Positions 29,654 to 39,390 are shown, counted from the first letter of the stretch. The stretch is DNA of 64,000 bases from an uncultured Halothiobacillus sp. (GCA_964655215.1 CAZZMW010000011.1:13417-77416), one strand, 5' to 3'. The notes: generated by a model not told the origin, from the letters alone. Made by a program: numbers and translations.

Positions 29654-30298
29654 TCACTGTTCAGGCCAGGATTGGGCAATCAGTTGCTTAAGGTCGGCGG
29701 TGATCTGTGCGCTGGTTTCCTGTTGGTCTACCAGCAGTCGCGCATTACCCTTGGGATCGAATATGTAGATCGAAGCGCTGTGATTGACCTCGTAGAACGT
29801 CTTCTTGTCTGGATAACCCTTGCCATAGCTGTAGGCAACACGATAACGCTTGGTCACGTCTTTCAATTGGGATTGAGTGCCGGTCAGCCCGAGCATCCGG
29901 GGCGAGAAATACTTGACGTATTCGCGTAATACTTTGGGCGTGTCCCGGTTGGGATCGACCGAGACGAAAAGCACCTGGACCTTCTCTGCCTGTTTACCCA
30001 GGGCCAGAAGGGAAGCCGCAAGCCGAGTCAGGGTTTGCGGGCATACATCCGGGCAAAAGGTATAACCGAAGTACAGCATGACCACCTTGCCACGATAATC
30101 CTTGCCAGTGACGGACTTGCCGTGGTCATCTGTGAGGTTGAATGTCAGCGGTTCCATCACCCCCGAAATGTCGGTTGCGTTCCACTTGACCGGCTCCTTG
30201 CCGCTACACCCCGCCAAAATCACTGAAAGAATCAGGGTGGCCAGTGCAGGCGCAATAAACCGTGCGCTCACTCTGGTGCGAACTCCATGCAATTGCAT
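29654..30298 (-). CDS. SCO1/SenC copper chaperone (lipoprotein)
   Basis: Lipobox LAGC. FGYTFCPDVCP (CxxxC) and downstream H..SIYIFDPKG. Confidence 0.85.
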   Translation of the reverse strand: MQLHGVRTRVSARFIAPALATLILSVILAGCSGKEPVKWNATDISGVMEPLTFNLTDDHGKSVTGKDYRGKVVMLYFGYTFCPDVCPQTLTRLAASLLALGKQAEKVQVLFVSVDPNRDTPKVLREYVKYFSPRMLGLTGTQSQLKDVTKRYRVAYSYGKGYPDKKTFYEVNHSASIYIFDPKGNARLLVDQQETSAQITADLKQLIAQSWPEQ

Positions 30299-30307
30299 AC
30301 GTTTACC

Positions 30308-31219
30308 TCAGGTTGCTCTGCACGAATCCCCGAGTGGATTCGCGTCGTTCCGACTGTCGTGAAATGAATTGATGTCCTCCACCGGACTTTCCTGTGTTAC
30401 GCGTGACCAACGACCCAGGAGTACCAGTGCACTCAGTACACTCATCATGGCGGCTGGAATCCAGGTCACTAGGCCACCCAACTCCTGCTCTTGGAGCGCA
30501 TTCATTGGCAATACACGCCCGCACAAGGCATAAATGCTATACAAATCCGTTGGGCTGAGCGCAATGAATGCGCCAAGCACGATCTGAGGAAACATGACCA
30601 GGAACAAGACCAGCATCCGCACCCCATAGTGACGCACATCCGGCTCACCCGGTCGACGCAGGTTGAAGATCATCCACCAGAACAGCAGCCCATCGATGGC
30701 CATACCCCAGTTCATGGCGTTGTAGAGCGGGATGCTGAGCATGGCGTAGAAATGAATGCTCGGTATCAGCCAAAAGTAGATGATGGCGACAAACAGAAAT
30801 CCAGCGACAAAAGGCTGCTGAATCACCCGAAATGGCCCACGGATCAACGGACTGCGCACGATTGGGTCGACCAGGTAGCGCCGGATGGCGTTTGGCAGAC
30901 CGGCTTCGATCACCGGCGCTGGTGCTGACACCGCGATTAGGAATGGTCCGAGATGATGCAGCACCAGATGCTGAGTCCGATGGATGAAGAAACTGAAGTG
31001 GCCGTAGTAATCCACTTGGGTTTGCAGAACGACGTAGATACTGATAAGCCCGATCCAGAAAAGCAGGACGCCCCAGCCGAAACGGCGCTCTAGACGTCGT
31101 TGGCCGCGATAGTAAAGGTAGCCACTCAGTAGGCAGACGACCAGGATGGTCGGGGAAAACTCATACGGCAGCAAAAAATCCGCGATAGGGAGCAGGTTTT
31201 GATAAAGAAATTCTACCAC
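30308..31219 (-). CDS. ctaG: cytochrome c oxidase assembly factor CtaG (Caa3_CtaG type)
   Basis: Polytopic membrane protein of the Bacillus-type CtaG pattern, located between SCO1 and ctaB. Confidence 0.7.
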   Translation of the reverse strand: MVEFLYQNLLPIADFLLPYEFSPTILVVCLLSGYLYYRGQRRLERRFGWGVLLFWIGLISIYVVLQTQVDYYGHFSFFIHRTQHLVLHHLGPFLIAVSAPAPVIEAGLPNAIRRYLVDPIVRSPLIRGPFRVIQQPFVAGFLFVAIIYFWLIPSIHFYAMLSIPLYNAMNWGMAIDGLLFWWMIFNLRRPGEPDVRHYGVRMLVLFLVMFPQIVLGAFIALSPTDLYSIYALCGRVLPMNALQEQELGGLVTWIPAAMMSVLSALVLLGRWSRVTQESPVEDINSFHDSRNDANPLGDSCRAT

Positions 31220-31309
31220 CGCCCAGTCACCGTGCGTATAGCATCGGGCACAGAGACAAGAGCATGATGGTCGATTTTGCCCTGGTTCATCATGACCGTT
31301 CCGTTTGGG

Positions 31310-32230
31310 TTACCAAGATGACCAGCCACTCACGGGCAGGTAGTGATCGACCAGTAACAAGGCAAATAGTACAGTCAGGTAGGTGATTGAAAAACCAAAC
31401 AACCGCATCGCTAGGCGGTCGCTGTCGACGTACATGAGGTGATAGGCACGTACGGCAAATATGCCGCCGAGAATGGTTGCACCTATCAGATAGAAGGGAC
31501 CGCTCAGCCCCACCGTTACCGGCAGATAGCTCACCGGAATAAGGACCATGGCATAGGCGAAGATGCTTCGTTTGGTATAAGCAACACCATGTATCACCGG
31601 CATCATGGGCACCCCGGCTTTTGCATACTCCTCGCGGCGCGCTATTGCCAGGGCCCAGAAATGTGGCGGGGTCCAGACAAAAATGATCAGGAACAGGGCT
31701 AGGGCCTCCCAGCCAATCGTCCCTGTGATGGCACACCAGCCCAGCATCGCAGGCGCCGCACCGGAAGCGCCACCGAGAACGATATTCTGGGGCCCGATCC
31801 ATTTGAGGTAGCGGGTGTAAATCACGGCATAGCCAATCAGCGTCAACAATGTGAGTACGGCGGTTAGCGGATTAACAAGAGTCCACAGAATCAAAAGGGC
31901 CACCGTACCAAGCATGGTGGCGAATAGGGTGGCCGAGCTGCGGGTGATATTGCCCGTCGGCAATGGTCTATTTTGTGTGCGCCCCATGACCGTGTCGATT
32001 TCACGATCGGCAATGTGGTTGAAAGCAGCGGCGGACGCGCCTGCGAGAGCGATACCAATCGTTGCGGCCAACACGGTTGCCCAGGGCAGACTGCCCGGTG
32101 GTGACGCAAGCACCATGGACACCAGGGCAGTAAATACAACGAGCGAGACGACTTTTATCTTGCACAGTTTCAAATAACTGCGCCAAGAAGCTGTCGGTAC
32201 AAGGGGGAGAGATTGGGTACGGATCGTCAT
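31310..32230 (-). CDS. ctaB: heme O synthase (protoheme IX farnesyltransferase)
   Basis: NHIADREID..M.RT..RPL motif of the UbiA family. 306 aa. Confidence 0.9.
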   Translation of the reverse strand: MTIRTQSLPLVPTASWRSYLKLCKIKVVSLVVFTALVSMVLASPPGSLPWATVLAATIGIALAGASAAAFNHIADREIDTVMGRTQNRPLPTGNITRSSATLFATMLGTVALLILWTLVNPLTAVLTLLTLIGYAVIYTRYLKWIGPQNIVLGGASGAAPAMLGWCAITGTIGWEALALFLIIFVWTPPHFWALAIARREEYAKAGVPMMPVIHGVAYTKRSIFAYAMVLIPVSYLPVTVGLSGPFYLIGATILGGIFAVRAYHLMYVDSDRLAMRLFGFSITYLTVLFALLLVDHYLPVSGWSSW

Positions 32231-32307
32231 TGGATAGCTCCACTTCGATATGTTCTTCTGCCGTTGGTCGGCAAATTTTTGTAATCGTGTGTCATGCGAT
32301 TCATGGT

Positions 32308-32907
32308 TTAGTTGCCAGCGAGCTTGAGTAGGAGTTTCAGGTCCTTGAGCAACCCGTTCGGGATGAATCCCGGGGGGTAACGCATCACCAGAAATCCCTG
32401 TGGATCAATGAGATAAACTGACCCTGCGTGCAGCGGCCAGTCATCTGCTGTGACGACGTGCAAGCCTTTGTCGAACTGATCCGCGAGGCCTGGAACCTGC
32501 TCCGCGTACTGCGGTAGAACCAGCACAAGTCGAACTTCACGCATCGAACGATCCTGTGCAATGCGAATTCGGCGCAGGGTATCCATCAGCGCTAGACAAT
32601 CCTTGTCACAAGGATTGGCAAGCCCGTTAGAGGTTCCGGCTTTACGGTCCGGGATGTGGTAGACCAGAGTCCACTTGCCGCGAAATAAATCGGGGGAAAC
32701 GGCATTGCCCTGAAGGTCGTGTATCAGGGGCGGGGCAAGTTTTTGGCCAGAGGGCAGGAGTTCGCCGTGCTCCAAGCCACCCTTAAAAATACCGGCGTAG
32801 TAATGGAAGACTAGCCACGCCAGCACCAGTGGTATACCGAAGATCAATAGCAAGCTGCCGACGACGGGACCTTTGCGCTGAGGCAATATGCTGCTTACGC
32901 CTTCCAT
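32308..32907 (-). CDS. membrane-anchored SCO-like thioredoxin-fold protein (second SCO paralog)
   Basis: One TM helix, CDKDC (CxxxC), and H..SVYLIDPQG resembling the SCO1 His/Asp-Pro region. Start taken at MEGVSS. Confidence 0.5.
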   Translation of the reverse strand: MEGVSSILPQRKGPVVGSLLLIFGIPLVLAWLVFHYYAGIFKGGLEHGELLPSGQKLAPPLIHDLQGNAVSPDLFRGKWTLVYHIPDRKAGTSNGLANPCDKDCLALMDTLRRIRIAQDRSMREVRLVLVLPQYAEQVPGLADQFDKGLHVVTADDWPLHAGSVYLIDPQGFLVMRYPPGFIPNGLLKDLKLLLKLAGN

Positions 32908-33626
32908 TGTTTTTCTCCTTGGTTTCTGGCCCGCTTGAATCCATGCCAGAGGTAAATGCCGACCAGAATTGTTGCAAAGCCGAACCACTGCGCGGCATAG
33001 CCATAGTGACGAGTCGGCCCAAAGGCGTGCATGGATTTCTCGCGTTCCTGCAACACCTCCGATCCATCGGGGTAAATCACGACAGGTAGTAGCGAATACC
33101 CCAGTGTCTTTGCCATCTGTTCCGGTTGTACGTTTTGCACGACCTTGGGCCAGCCCGATGAAAATTCCTCGCGATTCGTCAAATGGAATGGCGGAGAGTC
33201 CGAGGGCAATGCGAGCCCAGCCACTGTCACAGGTAGATCTGGCACAGTTACCTTGGGTAGTTGCTGACGGCTCTCGCCTTGGGGTATCCAGCCAAGGTTG
33301 ACCAACACGGATTTGGTATCCGTACCGGAAGACGCCAGTCGCAACGGTGCCAGCAGGAAATAACCTACCTGGCCATCACGCACCCGGTTATCCAGAAGGA
33401 AAAGATGGTGCTTGTCGTACTGGCCGTGCGCCTGAACATGCAAAGAAAGTTTGTTAGAACTCGACGAATCAAGCACTTGTGGTATCGCTTTCTCAGCTGT
33501 GGCTTCAGATGCGAACAAGAGTTTTTTCTCGACCGCACGATGCATCTGCCACACACCGAGTGCAATAAAGCCCGGCAAAAGAAGGATCGTCACAATGGTC
33601 TGCACTCGTGCGGGACGAAAACGCAT
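32895..33626 (-). CDS. SURF1 family oxidase assembly protein
   Basis: ALGVWQMHRAVEK motif and N- and C-terminal TM helices. GAGAGGA SD precedes the ATG at 33626. Confidence 0.8.
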   Translation of the reverse strand: MRFRPARVQTIVTILLLPGFIALGVWQMHRAVEKKLLFASEATAEKAIPQVLDSSSSNKLSLHVQAHGQYDKHHLFLLDNRVRDGQVGYFLLAPLRLASSGTDTKSVLVNLGWIPQGESRQQLPKVTVPDLPVTVAGLALPSDSPPFHLTNREEFSSGWPKVVQNVQPEQMAKTLGYSLLPVVIYPDGSEVLQEREKSMHAFGPTRHYGYAAQWFGFATILVGIYLWHGFKRARNQGEKQWKA

Positions 33627-33782
33627 GACGTCCTCTCTAGTCGGTTTCTGTACTTCGGAGAAATCAGTTTTCAATTTGGCTAACTCACTTCAAGCGTTTG
33701 AAGGGGGGGTGTTGCAATAACCAGGTTTTTGCGGGACACCCCTGCCAGGACAACCCAACCTTATAAAAGGGGGTGCCCCGGG

Positions 33783-35450
33783 TTAGTGACTTTCATAAGC
33801 CTTTGGACCTTCATCATGGAGCTGCTTCTCCGTCGGTGGGGTGGTAAAGGTATGGTAGGGCACCGGTGAGGGGAGAACCCATTCCAGACCCTTCGCTCCA
33901 TCCCAGGGACGAACCCCCGCTGGTTGCCCGCTGCGTAATGTCTTGATCAACAGCACGATAAACAGCAACTGGGAAAAGCCGAAAATGAAGGCACCCACGG
34001 TAGAGATCATATTGAAATCCGTGAACTGAACCGCGTAGTCCGGAATTCGGCGCGGCATTCCCGCCAACCCGGCAAAATGCATCGGGAAGAAGGTGATATT
34101 CATGGAGATAGCGGACAACCAGAAATGCCATTGCGCCAGCCGTTCGTTATACATACGGCCAGTCCACTTTGGCAGCCAGTAGTACACGCCCGCGAAGATG
34201 CCAAACAGGGAGCCGCTCACCAGTACATAGTGGAAGTGTGCAACCACGAAGTAGGTGTCTTGATACTGGTAGTCAGCAGCCACGTTGGCCAGCATCAACC
34301 CGGAAAATCCGCCGATGGTGAACAGGATGATGAACGCAAGCGCCCAAAGCATCGGTGTTTCGAAGGTAAGTGAACCGCGCCACATGGTCGCGACCCAGTT
34401 GAATATCTTGATGCCGGTAGGAATCGAGATCAGCATGGTTGAGTACATGAAGAACAACTGCCCCCAGACCGGCAGACCTACGGTGAACATGTGGTGCGCC
34501 CAGACAATGGTTGCCAAGAAGGTGATCGCAGCTGTCGCATAGAACATAGACTTGCGACCAAAGATCGGCTTGCGGGAGAATGCCGGTACCACCTCGGAGA
34601 TAATGCCGAAGGCTGGCAGAATCATGATGTACACCTCGGGATGGCCGAAGAACCAGAAAATGTGCTGGAACAACACTGGATTTCCACTAGCTTCGAAGAA
34701 GTGCGTCCCCCAGTGACGATCCGATAGCACCATGGTCGCGGCAATGGCCAAGGTGGGCATCGCCAGCAAGAACAGGAACCCGGTGATCAGCCAAGACCAA
34801 CTGAACAAGGGCATATCCATCAGCTTCATGCCCGGAGCACGCATCTTGAGGATGGTCAAGATGATGTTCAAAGCCCCGAAGAACGAGGAAATCCCCATGA
34901 TGTGGATGGCTATGATCATCCAGTCGACCGACTCCGGCCCATAAGTGGTCGATAACGGCGGGTAGAAGGTCCAGCCACCACTCGGAGCGCCCCCATGAAT
35001 GAAGAAGGTGCTCCAAAGGATGATGGCGGCAGGCGGCATAGCCCAAAAAGCCCAGTTGTTGACCCGTGGCCAGTACATGTCAGCGGCACCGATCTGAAGC
35101 GGTACCATCCAGTTCGCCAGGCCGGTCAAACCAGGCATGATCGCCAGGAAGATCATGGTCAAGCCGTGCATGGTGGTCAGTGAGTTGAAAAACTGAGGTT
35201 GCATCAGCTGCATGCCCGGCTCGAATAACTCTGAGCGGATCATCAACGCCATGACGCCGCCAACCATCAGCCCCACCAAGCTGAGCACCAAGTACATGGT
35301 ACCCACATCCTTGTGATTGACTGTCAACAGCCAACGCATCAAGCCCTTGCGCGGTCCATGTTGAGCATGATCAGCGTGCGCGTGACTGATCTGATCGATT
35401 GACGCTCCAGCAGCCGTGTTCTGCATGATATTTTCAGATGTATGATTCAT
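33783..35450 (-). CDS. ctaD: heme-copper (A-type) cytochrome c oxidase subunit I
   Basis: NHKDVGTMY, FWFFGHPEVYI and the HH pair motifs. 555 aa. Confidence 0.95.
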   Translation of the reverse strand: MNHTSENIMQNTAAGASIDQISHAHADHAQHGPRKGLMRWLLTVNHKDVGTMYLVLSLVGLMVGGVMALMIRSELFEPGMQLMQPQFFNSLTTMHGLTMIFLAIMPGLTGLANWMVPLQIGAADMYWPRVNNWAFWAMPPAAIILWSTFFIHGGAPSGGWTFYPPLSTTYGPESVDWMIIAIHIMGISSFFGALNIILTILKMRAPGMKLMDMPLFSWSWLITGFLFLLAMPTLAIAATMVLSDRHWGTHFFEASGNPVLFQHIFWFFGHPEVYIMILPAFGIISEVVPAFSRKPIFGRKSMFYATAAITFLATIVWAHHMFTVGLPVWGQLFFMYSTMLISIPTGIKIFNWVATMWRGSLTFETPMLWALAFIILFTIGGFSGLMLANVAADYQYQDTYFVVAHFHYVLVSGSLFGIFAGVYYWLPKWTGRMYNERLAQWHFWLSAISMNITFFPMHFAGLAGMPRRIPDYAVQFTDFNMISTVGAFIFGFSQLLFIVLLIKTLRSGQPAGVRPWDGAKGLEWVLPSPVPYHTFTTPPTEKQLHDEGPKAYESH

Positions 35451-36580
35451 CGTGCTGCCTCTACTTCTTTGGGAGTAATGAGATCCCCGGTGTGATTACT
35501 CCAGGAGTTGCGTTCATAAGTTATGACGGCGGCAATATCGCGATCGCTCAACTGCTTGCCATAGGCCTGCATGACGGGGTTCTTTTTGCTGCCGTGAACC
35601 ACGATATTTATATGATCCTTGACCGATAGCGTCATGCCGTCGAGGGGTGGGAATGCCCCCTTGATCCCCTTACCGTTAGCTTGGTGACAGGCGATACAAA
35701 TCGAGCCATAGACGTTCTTGCCCTGCGCCATTGCGGTTTTCATGTCCCAAGGGCCAGTTGCTTCGGCTTTCGTGGCTGCTGCAACCGCGTGTTCCTTATT
35801 AACCCATTCGGCAAACTCGGCGGGCATAACCGCCTTGACCGAGATCGGCATGAAGGCGTGTCCGGCACCACACAGTTCTGCGCACTGTCCACGGTATGTA
35901 CCTGGCTTATCGATGACAAAAGTCATTTTGTTGATCTTTCCTGGGATAGCGTCTGTCTTGAAACCAAGCTGTGGTACCCACCAGGAATGGATGACATCGT
36001 CGCTGGTCACCTGAACCTGAATGGTTTTGCCCACCGGCACGACCATCGGGTTATCGACGTTCAGGAGGTAGTAGGGAACATTTGCGGGGGATTCTTTGGC
36101 GCCAAGCTGGCTGGCATCGCGGCTGGAAGAGGCTAGGTTGCTAAAGAACGATATATCCTGATCGGGATACGTGTAATGCCACTTCCACTGCGAGCCGTGG
36201 ACATCGACAATCACATCGGGCTTGGCGGGCTGCGCATTTGCCGCAATGATTGCCTTGGTGGCAGGAATGGCAATGGCGATCAGAATCAGGGCCGGAACCA
36301 GTGTCCAGATAATTTCGATCGCAGTGTTTTCATGGAATTTGGCCGCCACAGCACCGCGCGAACGACGATGGCGCACGAGCGACCAAGCCATGACACTAAA
36401 AACACCCACCCCGATAAACACACAAATCCAGAACACCAGCATATGCAGGTCGTATGCCGTCTTACTGGTTGCTGTCACACCATAGGGCATGTTGAAACTG
36501 AACGGATCCTCTTTCGCGGCCATGGCCGGCGCAAAAGGGGTTAATAACCCCAATGCCAGCGGAATTAATCGCTTTACCAT
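35447..36580 (-). CDS. ctaC: cytochrome c oxidase subunit II with fused C-terminal cytochrome c domain (caa3-like)
   Basis: CuA site CAELCGAGHAFM, C-terminal CIACH, and an ATGA overlap with subunit I. Confidence 0.9.
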   Translation of the reverse strand: MVKRLIPLALGLLTPFAPAMAAKEDPFSFNMPYGVTATSKTAYDLHMLVFWICVFIGVGVFSVMAWSLVRHRRSRGAVAAKFHENTAIEIIWTLVPALILIAIAIPATKAIIAANAQPAKPDVIVDVHGSQWKWHYTYPDQDISFFSNLASSSRDASQLGAKESPANVPYYLLNVDNPMVVPVGKTIQVQVTSDDVIHSWWVPQLGFKTDAIPGKINKMTFVIDKPGTYRGQCAELCGAGHAFMPISVKAVMPAEFAEWVNKEHAVAAATKAEATGPWDMKTAMAQGKNVYGSICIACHQANGKGIKGAFPPLDGMTLSVKDHINIVVHGSKKNPVMQAYGKQLSDRDIAAVITYERNSWSNHTGDLITPKEVEAAR

Positions 36581-36635
36581 CCTGACTCCTTTTCGAATTT
36601 TTCGAATTTTTAAGCAACGTCAAAATCTGTTTTTA

Positions 36636-36649
36636 ATGATTTGAATCAT
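36636..36649. promoter_or_regulatory. FNR/CRP-family-like palindrome upstream of the oxidase operon
   Basis: ATGATTTGAATCAT (TGAT-N4-ATCA core, 8/10 to TTGAT-N4-ATCAA). Centre lies about 62 nt upstream of the subunit II ATG. Confidence 0.3.
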
Positions 36650-37231
36650 GCCAACCAACTGCACGATGAAACCAAAACATTCTACATGCGCAGATGATTC
36701 ATTTGTCAATCTAAATATTGAGCATTGCTATTTTATTGGGTATAAATAATGTCATTAAAATCAGAATTGCACTTAATTATAAATTAATGAAATACTAATG
36801 AAGCATGCTTTCTCCTGCTCTGGATTGGTGTTTAATCGACGCTTTTTCCATAAATTTGATAATGTTTTTATAGTTAATTACCTTGTATTTTATAATGTTT
36901 TGTACCCTATGCTGCCAGGTTTTGGTGGACTCAATTTGCAAGGACGAGATCGGCTTGTCTGCAACACTCCGCGCAGTGGGTCGTAGTGTAAATGCGCGGC
37001 TGTGCATGATTTAGCCTGGTACCAACACATTGCTTTTAAAGGATTCATCCTTGGGATCATGGTGTATCTTTGGCCAATCCCAAGTCCGAGCGCAGGCTTA
37101 AACATGCCTTGACCTCGGCGTGTTCAGGCCGCAGGCGGCTTGAAAGTTTTTTTCAGGAGTGATTGTTCAACCCCCTTTTTATAAATTAAATAGCCAGTAG
37201 AATTGATATATTTAATAGGCAATTATTTACG

Positions 37232-37250
37232 GTTTGCATAATATGCAAAC
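37232..37250. promoter_or_regulatory. perfect 9-1-9 palindrome, candidate operator of the roadblock-like gene trio
   Basis: GTTTGCATA-A-TATGCAAAC, 32 nt upstream of the ATG at 37282. Confidence 0.35.
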
Positions 37251-37281
37251 GTGATAACCCTCACGCACTGGAGATAAGGAT

Positions 37282-37656
37282 ATGCACTACATTGGCAAGC
37301 TTATGAAAATGCCAGGAGTCATCGCTACAGGATATTTCACCTATAAGGGGGAGGTAAGGGAATATATAGGCCAACTGACAGAGGGCGAAGCACAAAAACT
37401 GTCGTCTATGTGTTACGCCAACCTTAGAATGGTTCGCATGCAAGGTAATATGCTGCAAGCACTCACTTCCTACAAGCCGAATAATGAACTCTGTGGTTTA
37501 CATTCTGCTAAAGGGTGGGTTGTACGTGGAGCACAAAGAACCGTGTGCGTCATTTCGAATTCTTTTTGCATCCTCAGCAATGCCGATGGATCCCTGAACG
37601 ATGTTTTGCACTTCATGCTCAACGAGACAAAGGAATCTCAAGACCATTTAATTTGA
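37282..37656 (+). CDS. small roadblock/LC7-like (DUF2173-like) protein, paralog 1
   Basis: GGAGATAAGGA SD. L.KMPGVIATGYF..KG, ...CYANL... and ...KGWVVRG... blocks are shared with the next two ORFs. Confidence 0.5.
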   Translation: MHYIGKLMKMPGVIATGYFTYKGEVREYIGQLTEGEAQKLSSMCYANLRMVRMQGNMLQALTSYKPNNELCGLHSAKGWVVRGAQRTVCVISNSFCILSNADGSLNDVLHFMLNETKESQDHLI

Positions 37657-37738
37657 CCCATACAAAAAGGCCTGACCACTTTGTTGGCACATGGGCCGAA
37701 AACCTACCTGCAGAGTGTACCCATCACGGAGGACCATC

Positions 37739-38080
37739 ATGGCCACAATCAATGAATTGACCCAAGTTCCCGGCGCAGTTGCTGGCTTCAAGTTTTCACC
37801 TTCCGGAGCGCTCATTGAGTCCGGTATCAAACCAGGCAAGCATGAACTCGATGAGTCAACCCTGGAAATGCTCGCGCATATCTGCGTTGCCAATCTGGCG
37901 ATCAGCAACATGCAGGCGACAGGCTGGGAAAAAACCAGCGACCTCAAGGGCTTTTATCCAGTCGAAGGATTCACCTTTGTCTGTCTCGATATGTCGGTCG
38001 TTGCGCGTGGAAATCAGGCAGTCGTCCTTATCAACAAAAGCGCCGATTATGACAAGGCCTTTCAAGCCCTTGCCGGTTAA
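37739..38080 (+). CDS. small roadblock/LC7-like (DUF2173-like) protein, paralog 2
   Basis: GGAGGA SD. MATINELTQVPGAVAGFKFSPSGALIES...LAHICVANLAISNMQATGWE...GFYPVEGF resembles DUF2173/COG4831 proteins as I recall them. Confidence 0.6.
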   Translation: MATINELTQVPGAVAGFKFSPSGALIESGIKPGKHELDESTLEMLAHICVANLAISNMQATGWEKTSDLKGFYPVEGFTFVCLDMSVVARGNQAVVLINKSADYDKAFQALAG

Positions 38081-38089
38081 GGAGAGAGC

Positions 38090-38428
38090 ATGATCAATCA
38101 ACTGAAGAAAATCGATGGCGTCAAGGCTGTGGTCATTTTCAGTGAAGGACTGAATCCTGAGCCTATGACCATCCACGGCGAATTGCCACTTGATGAGGTC
38201 AAGCGCTTGTCACGCTTTGCCAACGACTATATGCGATTGTTGCAAGGTCTGATCGACCAATTTGCCCAATTCACGCCGTCAAGGCAATGGGCGCTCGTGA
38301 ACGGCTGGGCCGTGCATGGCCCCGCGTTCTCAGTTTATGGTTGGGGGAATCTAGTCTGCGTTGTGGACAACAGTAAGGTTAATCACAACATCATCAACGA
38401 GGTCAAAGAAGCCTTTGTGAACATGTAA
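38090..38428 (+). CDS. small roadblock/LC7-like (DUF2173-like) protein, paralog 3
   Basis: AAGGAG SD. LKKIDGVKAVVIFSEG ... VNGWAVHGPAFSV blocks align with paralogs 1 and 2. Confidence 0.5.
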   Translation: MINQLKKIDGVKAVVIFSEGLNPEPMTIHGELPLDEVKRLSRFANDYMRLLQGLIDQFAQFTPSRQWALVNGWAVHGPAFSVYGWGNLVCVVDNSKVNHNIINEVKEAFVNM

Positions 38429-38443
38429 ATGTTCAGTTGGGTT

Positions 38444-39262
38444 TTACCCCGTTTCCACGGACGGTGGAAATTTTCCAGGTTTTAAAGTTTGCTGACGATA
38501 AAACTGTAGAAGTTGACGATACACGTCCGGGTAGTGATTAACGAGTATTTGCGGCGCTGTGAAAAAATATTCGCTGACGACCGCAAAGAATTCAGCCGGA
38601 TTGGTTGCTGCATAAGCATCAATGTATGGGTGGTGGCCCGAAGTCAATTGATGATGCAAGTTCTGATAGGCCGTTGAGAGGCTTTGTGTCCAGTTCTTAC
38701 GAATCATCAAGCGATGCAGCGGCGGCATGCCGTTCATCGCGCCATTAAGCCCATCAAGTTTGTGGGCGATTTCATGAATGACTACATTGTGCCCCGATAG
38801 GGGTTTGAATGCGTTTTGCTCAACATCTTCCCACGATAGGATGAGAGGGCCGTGCAACCAGGCTTGACCACTTAACGCATTGGTTTCTTCATGCACAAGT
38901 CCCGTCTCATCCATCAGGACGTGGTTTGCACGAAACGCCCCAGGATAAAGGATAACCTCAGACCATCCGTCGAGATAGGATGTACCCAGCTTTAATACGG
39001 GCAGACAGGCCAGAACCGAGACTGTGATCTTCATCTCGGTTGTAATTTCGAGCCCATGAGCACCGGATATTGTCTTATGAAATAGAAACCAGGCAACCAA
39101 TGCACGTAATTGAGACCGTTCTACCGAATCGAGATGTTGAAGCGCCTGAATGCGTTGCGTTACGGCATTCCAGATGTGATGTGGAATAGGGTGCTTTTTA
39201 ATCAAATGGTGCAGGCGCCATCGCTGAACAAAAGTAGAAATGGGGTGTCGTGCTGTGAACAT
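38444..39262 (-). CDS. mtfA: MtfA-like zinc peptidase (M90 family)
   Basis: HEIAHKLDGLNGAMNGMPPL and the surrounding sequence are typical of MtfA/DUF980 proteins. Confidence 0.8.
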   Translation of the reverse strand: MFTARHPISTFVQRWRLHHLIKKHPIPHHIWNAVTQRIQALQHLDSVERSQLRALVAWFLFHKTISGAHGLEITTEMKITVSVLACLPVLKLGTSYLDGWSEVILYPGAFRANHVLMDETGLVHEETNALSGQAWLHGPLILSWEDVEQNAFKPLSGHNVVIHEIAHKLDGLNGAMNGMPPLHRLMIRKNWTQSLSTAYQNLHHQLTSGHHPYIDAYAATNPAEFFAVVSEYFFTAPQILVNHYPDVYRQLLQFYRQQTLKPGKFPPSVETG

Positions 39263-39390
39263 CGGTGGCCCTGCAGGAGGCGTTAATGCCTTGGAAATGG
39301 ATGCCGGCGTGAATAGTGGTTAAGCAGTACGGTTTCTATACATGCTTGAGTGGAAGAAATGACTCATCAACAAATAGTGACCGATCATAT

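Noticed and set aside
36798-37105. ORFs of 62-71 aa in the AT-rich oxidase upstream region; also 19178-19393 and 51773-51979.
   Set aside because: AT-rich intergenic DNA with Ile/Asn/Phe/Lys-biased translations, no SD, and overlapping candidate promoters.
37232-37250. Palindrome upstream of the roadblock-like genes as a third NsrR box.
   Set aside because: It shares TGCAT cores with the boxes at 39.9 kb, but the half-sites are shifted by one base each (2-bp spacing difference), so identity of the binding protein is not supported. It is kept only as a generic candidate operator.
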